The position numbers and the translations under genes are program-made. Below are positions 58,480 to 64,000 of a stretch of DNA of 64,000 bases, piece after piece. Within the stretch, counting starts at the first letter, position 1. Every line of letters begins with the position of its first letter. The stretch lies in NCBI RefSeq assembly GCF_009914755.1, contig NC_060930.1; one strand, given 5' to 3'. This DNA is from the human T2T-CHM13v2.0 reference genome, Homo sapiens. Under the pieces are notes generated by a model. The model had not been told where the DNA came from and did not search any database. It saw only the letters and a list, made by a program, of their open reading frames with translations.

Positions 58480-60659
58480 ACTGTGTTTTCGGTGCACAGC
58501 ATTAAACACAGGTTTCTGATAATTTTAAATCAATGGACCAAATAAAATTGTACATAAAGAAACTGATGGATCCATGAAACTGCTAATAGAGATCAAGCTG
58601 AAAATAAGCTGATTATATAACATTAAATAACTGATAAAGATAATGTTTTTATGACTGTTATTTAAAATATTATTGATCCTTTACTTAAATGCTTTGTTTT
58701 CCAGATTTCAAAAAAAGTCTTTCTTAAGCAATTTGGTAAAATATAGTTGTGTAAACAAAGATAAAAACATTTTTCTTCTTATTTAATTTCTCCAAAAATT
58801 TAAAAACTATTTGCAAATATTTTTATGGCAATATGGTTATTTACAAAAGTCCAATAAAATCTGCTCTCTCTTTACAGCAAAATACAATTGAAAACATTGC
58901 TTATACTACCAAGGTGCCAAGGCTTCAATTAAAATGTCACATTTTACAATATGTCCAAAATTTCTGACTTCAAGAGTTCCCATTCTTACAATAAGTAAAT
59001 AAAAACTGTCATTTCCTGGAAGGCCCAGGAACCTTAAGACAGTAAGCAAATTCTAAAGTCTGCCTTGGTTTGGCTTCCTAGCTTCAAGAGTTTTTTAAAT
59101 CTAGGGTTTCTATATGATCAATTAAAAACATGTTTACAAAGAAAAGCTATAATACACCTGTTATTAGATTGTAACTCTATATATCATTTTTAGTTATTGT
59201 TATCTATCTATAGGCTAGACTAGGTCTTAAATTGTTTTAGGTTCCTCCAATTCAACTTTCTTCCATAAAAGTGGTAAAATGAGAACTGCTCTGTCCTTAA
59301 AGCCCTATAAGGTAATGCTAGGCAAGTTCTAAAGAACAATTCTCATGTCTGGTATATGAAACACAGAAAGTTCACAAAACCGCCTGATGCCACGACCAAA
59401 GACATTCAAACTACAAACTAGGACAAAAAGTTTCTGTTTTCCACATGAAACAACTTTCCTTGAGATGTTGGAACAAGATTCCTTATTATTATGAGACTCT
59501 TACACCCCTCAAGGCTGCCTTTTTCATTGACTGGATAATGGCATAATTAAAATTTCAGTCAGTAGCTTCTGTTGGTAACTTGACATATCTTGACCTAAGA
59601 AATCCCTTTTATCTGTACTGTGAGCAGCTCTGACAATATCCCTATCACAACTTTTTGTTCAAATTGTACTGGTAATCCTTTTGGTAAAGCTGGTATTCTC
59701 TGCTTTAATTCAACCCAGTCATAAACTACTACTCAGTGGCTATAACAAGTCTCAGCAGAATATGTCTAGACTTTTAGATATGTTTTGTTGGTTACCTTCA
59801 GAATTAGGTTTAAGCTTTCAAACTAGTTATTCAAACTGGATTTATTATATGTTTACTGACGGTTTTTTGTATGATAATTTTTAAGCTTTGTTTCTATTGC
59901 CTGTCTAATCTTTGTAAAGCCAACTCTTCCAACAGGATAATATTAGTTCAATACCTCAAGATGATTGCTGATGTCTGCCCAGGGACAGATAAAATGGAAT
60001 TTGATGCTGGGATCCAGCCAAATCTGCCCTGAGAACATTTTTCTTTCTGGCCCATTTGTTACTTAAATGTGGCCTAAGTCTCTGATGACCCCAAACATTT
60101 CCCCAGACATGGGACAGAGACAACTAGGACAGGTTCATCTTGGCATGAAGGGATAATTAAGCCTAACTGTAAAATGATTGATTAGTGATGCTTTCAGATA
60201 AGGATGTTGATCAAAAGGGGGGAAATGTGAAAGCTGATAATCTAAATTGGGTCATTCTTGTCATACTCAACTAAAACAAAGTCTAGAAAAGCCAGGGGGA
60301 GAAAACACTCAGGGCACAAAACAGGGCTCCAAGAATGTAATTCTCTGCACATACTTGACTGCTGGAATTGCTTGTTGTAACCTGAAACCAGTTTTATCTA
60401 TAGCTTCCGAGATAACTTGCTGCAACTCTAGGACTAATTTTGTCCACCTCTGTCACTCACCAATGGGAGCTGGCTAAACTTTCTCGAAAAACAATACATA
60501 AAATCTATCCTTTCTTAATAAATCCTCTAATCTTGTCTTTGTTCTTTAGACATAATCAAAGACCACCCAGTCTGCAGGTATGTCATGAATTGCTATTCTT
60601 TCTTCCCAAATAAAACATGAAATTTAGAAAATTGTCTTTATATCTTTATTTTTACTTCA
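58480..60659 (+). mobile_element. ERV1 (MER4-group-like) 3' internal region + LTR (60226-~60659); subfamily uncertain
   Basis: PPT aaaaggggggaaa immediately before TGTGAAAG; the LTR has AATAAA and ends ..ttca; AT-rich non-coding internal sequence. Confidence 0.7.
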
Positions 60660-61654
60660 AATGCATGTCATGTTTGCCACCATTTTTATAAAGGGGTAAA
60701 GAAAAAAAAAGAAATTTAGTGTCCAACAATATGCTATGCTAAAAATAAATAATTGTTATACTGTTGCTCCAGTATTTAAAAGCATAGTCATTTTTTGTTG
60801 TTTTATTTTTAACCGTTGCTGGTTAAATGATTTAGCTTTGCTAAAGAGAGGATTTTTTCTTTTTCTGAGAAATAAGAGGTGGAAAACATTGTCTAATATT
60901 GCTGAGGGGTCATAATAAGCAAGAAAACCATCCTCCGGATTTGGCAATAAATGTTATTGGTCACCTTTATAGGAGAGGATTTAGAAGAAAAGATTACCAA
61001 GCAGTACTTCTTCATAAATACTCAGGTTTAATTTAATTTATCTTTTCATTATTCCCACAAAACTCTGGGGAAATTTTTTCTTCCTCTTAATTAAAAAAAT
61101 TTCCTCCATCTAGAGTATGTATTCCAACACTTCTTATATCTGGGACAGTTCTTTCTTAATTAATATCTCTCTGTGCTGGTTCCTTGCTCCTCCTCTTCAT
61201 GGAATACTTCACCCTATCATAAACATGAAGACAGTAAAAATATGTCTTTGATTCTACATACAAGAATATCATTTTTGGCCTCCCTTTGACAACAAACTCC
61301 TCACAAAAGTAGTTTGTGCATTTTCTTCACTTATGATTGATGCATTTTTTTAATTCCTATAAACTAATTTCTGTTTCCACCACTCTACTGAAAATGCTCT
61401 CCAAACATTCACAGGATGACAGGGTTTTTGGTAATATGTATTGGCTTTGTCTCACTCATCTTACCCCCATGACCTTTCTGAGACATTGATACTGACTCCT
61501 GACATTCCCACTTTTTCCTGAAAGTGTTTCCACTTTGGGAGGCTGGCACACTGTAGTCCCTGATCTTTCTGGTAACACTTTTTTTCTCTTCACTAGTTAT
61601 TTTGCTTTTCCAAGAAGTTGTTCTCGGTTCTTTTCTTTTTTCTTATGCTCATTT

Positions 61655-62312
61655 TTAAAAAATAATTTCAACTTTTATTTTAGATTTAAAAGGTACATGT
61701 GCAGGGTTGTTACCTGGGTATATCGTGTGATACTGTGGTTTGGGGTACAAATGATCCCATCAGCAAGGTAGTGAGCATATCACCCAATAGTTAGTTTCTC
61801 AACCCTTTGTCCCCTCTCTTTCTCCCATCTCTAGTAGTCCTAAGTGTCTATTTTTGCCATCTTTATGTCCATGAGTATCTAATGTTTAGCTCCCAGTTAT
61901 AACTGAGAACTTGCAGTATTTGCTTTTCTGTTCCTGCACTGATTCACTTAGGATAACGACTTCCAGCTGCATCAATTTTGCTTCAAAGGACATGATTTTA
62001 TTCTTTTTATGGCTGCATAGTATTCCATCATGTAGTTGTACCATATTTTCTTTATCCAATCCACCATGGATGGGCACCTAGCTTGATTCCATGTCTTTGT
62101 TATTGTGAGTAGTGCTGTGATGAACATATGAGTGCACGTGTGTGTTTTTTTTTTTTTTGGTAGAAAGCTTTTGCATAAATACCCAGTAATTGGATTGCTG
62201 GATTGAATGGTAGTTCTGTTTCAAGTTCTTTCAGAAATTTCTAAACTAGTTTCCACAGTGTCTGAGCTAATTTACATTCCCATCAACAATATATAAGTAT
62301 TCCTTTTTCTCA
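61655..62312 (-). mobile_element. L1PA15/16-like 3' end, sense to TRDN
   Basis: ggtacatgtgcagg.ttgttacctgggtat..gctgcatagtattcca..atacccagtaat.ggattgctgg. Confidence 0.88.
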
Positions 62313-63425
62313 GGTTTGAAGAACTCTCTTTCCTTTGTCTTCTACTCTGGACCTCTCGCCTCATAAATACAAAACCCAGCCTGAGGATTCAAAGTGAATG
62401 TTCCCAAATTACAAGTGTCTATAGAAAATCTCTATGTAGAGTCTCCACAAGCACTCACCCCACTTGAATTCCCTTTGCAACTTCTAGTTAATCACCTTCA
62501 TCTTCCCATGCTTCAGACCTTGTAGTTATACAGAACTAATGTCATCAACACCTATTATTTTCATATGAAACAGTTTGATGATTACAAAAGCCATTATAAC
62601 ACAGTACAGAGAGAATGATAGTCTGTTTAAAGCACAAGTACTCACAGGCCTGAAGGAATATGTAACAAAATGTCATTAGTAGTTTTCAATAGGTTTCAAA
62701 GCTGAGTGATTTTTTAAAACTTAAAAAATCATTTACTGAACATTAGTCATGGCTCTAAATAATTTTGAAAGTAATCAATGTTAATTAATTTAATGTAAAT
62801 ATTCCAAGGTCATTACTTTCTCTTTATGCAACCTTTATGTTGCTCCTACTTTTATTTTATAATACCTAGATTGTTATAAAAGATTTTGGTTCAAACTCCT
62901 GATTCTAATTTATTTCTATAGAATTTCACTCTACATGCCATTATGACTAACAATTCCACCTTCTTCTCGATTATGGCCTCAAGAATCCAAATTTCACTTT
63001 AGTCTTCTAAGCCCCCATTCCTGGATTTAAACAGCCATCTTCTTATGGCTGTATCCTACTACTGCAACTTTGCCATCTTCTGCTAGCCATGTGACTCCTG
63101 GAATGTCCTTAGTCCTCTCCTCACCTCTCCCACCACTGTTGTGCTCATTCCTGTCTCTAGGCTAGCTCCTAAATATAGCTACCATACTGAAACTGGGCCA
63201 AGTAGAAAGCATCATTTCTGTTTCATGTAACAAATATGCTAGGTGAGTATGATGAGCTTCACCCAATAGATAAGAAAATTAATGTTCAGAAACATTAAGT
63301 AATTTAAGTAAAGTTACACCCCTGAACAAGGGGCAAAGGGAGTAAAATTCATGTATCGCTAGTATAAAGCCAACACTGGTTCCATCATACTTTATAGTAA
63401 TTTCCTTGTCTCAGCTGCTCTTACA

Positions 63426-64000
63426 CAGTTGACTCTTGAACAACACAGGTTTGAACTGGTCAGATTCACCTATACATAGTTTTTTTTCAATAAATACATT
63501 GAAAATTTTGGGGAGGTTTGCAACAATTTGAAAAAACACACATGAACTGTGTTGTGTAAAAATATAAAAAAATAAAGAGGTATATCATAACTGCATGAAA
63601 TATATGTAGGTACTAGTCTGTTTTGTCATTTGTTACCATAAAATATACAAATATATAAATCGATTATAAAAAGATAAAATTTGTCTAAACTTCCACTATA
63701 AACACTTCCAGATCATACAAGGTGCCATGCACAGTCAAGAGAAAGGTAAACAAATGTAAAGATGCAATATTAAAGGATAACTGAATGAAATTAACTATAG
63801 TACATATGGTACTACTGTAGTGATTTTGTAGCCTCTCTTGCTACTATTGTGATGAACTGAAGTTTTGTGGGTAGCTGCTTAAAATGCTGTGTGACATTAA
63901 TCTCTGCATAAGCAGTTCATCTGTCCAGTAAATCGCATATTTCAGTAAAAGGTGATTTTTTTGTAGTTCTTATTTATCATTTTTAGTGCAATATCATAAA
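63426..64000 (+). mobile_element. Tigger2-family DNA transposon 5' part (runs off the window)
   Basis: CAGTTGAC.CTTGAACAACAC.GGTTTGAACTG left end followed by ttttttcaataaata..caatttgaaaaaac. Confidence 0.82.

Noticed and set aside
63169-63178. MEF2 consensus ctaaatatag
   Set aside because: A single AT-rich 10-mer in L2-like sequence with no clustered muscle motifs; chance occurrence is likely.

Overview
This is primate (human-like) genomic DNA: AT-rich, repeat-dense and eukaryotic, so the supplied ORF track is almost entirely decayed L1, Alu, Tigger and ERV sequence or noise. Scanning the minus strand for splice signals finds 14 microexons (18-48 nt, 465 nt in total, all GT-AG, all multiples of 3, all phase 1-1) between 6253 and 32887. 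They splice into one open 155-codon K/E/P-rich peptide: GKEVKPKPPQLQGKKEEKPEPQIKKEAKPAISEKVQIHKQDIVKPEKTVSHGKPEEKVLKQVKAVTIEKTAKPKPTKKAEHREREPPSIKTDKPKPTPKGTSEVTESGKKKTEISEKESKEKADMKHLREEKVSTRKESLQLHNVTKAEKPARVS. I recognise this from memory as the luminal domain of triadin (TRDN, long skeletal-muscle isoform, about exons 25-38 of 41; numbering from recall). The rest is intron: several L1s, Alus, a full-length Tigger1, a two-LTR MLT1 element with a nested MST LTR, a MER66-type ERV1 with an EnvV-like env relic, a second ERV1 3' half, and MER/MIR/L2 relics. I see no wholly new biological system. The most interesting structures are a sense L1 inserted into the branch-point zone of a microexon, a composite L1+Alu inverted repeat enclosing three microexons, a fold-back inverted duplication at an L1-in-L1 insertion, a local templated ~218-bp insertion, and several competing or cryptic splice sites. 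Repeat subfamily names come from recalled consensus sequences and need RepeatMasker confirmation.
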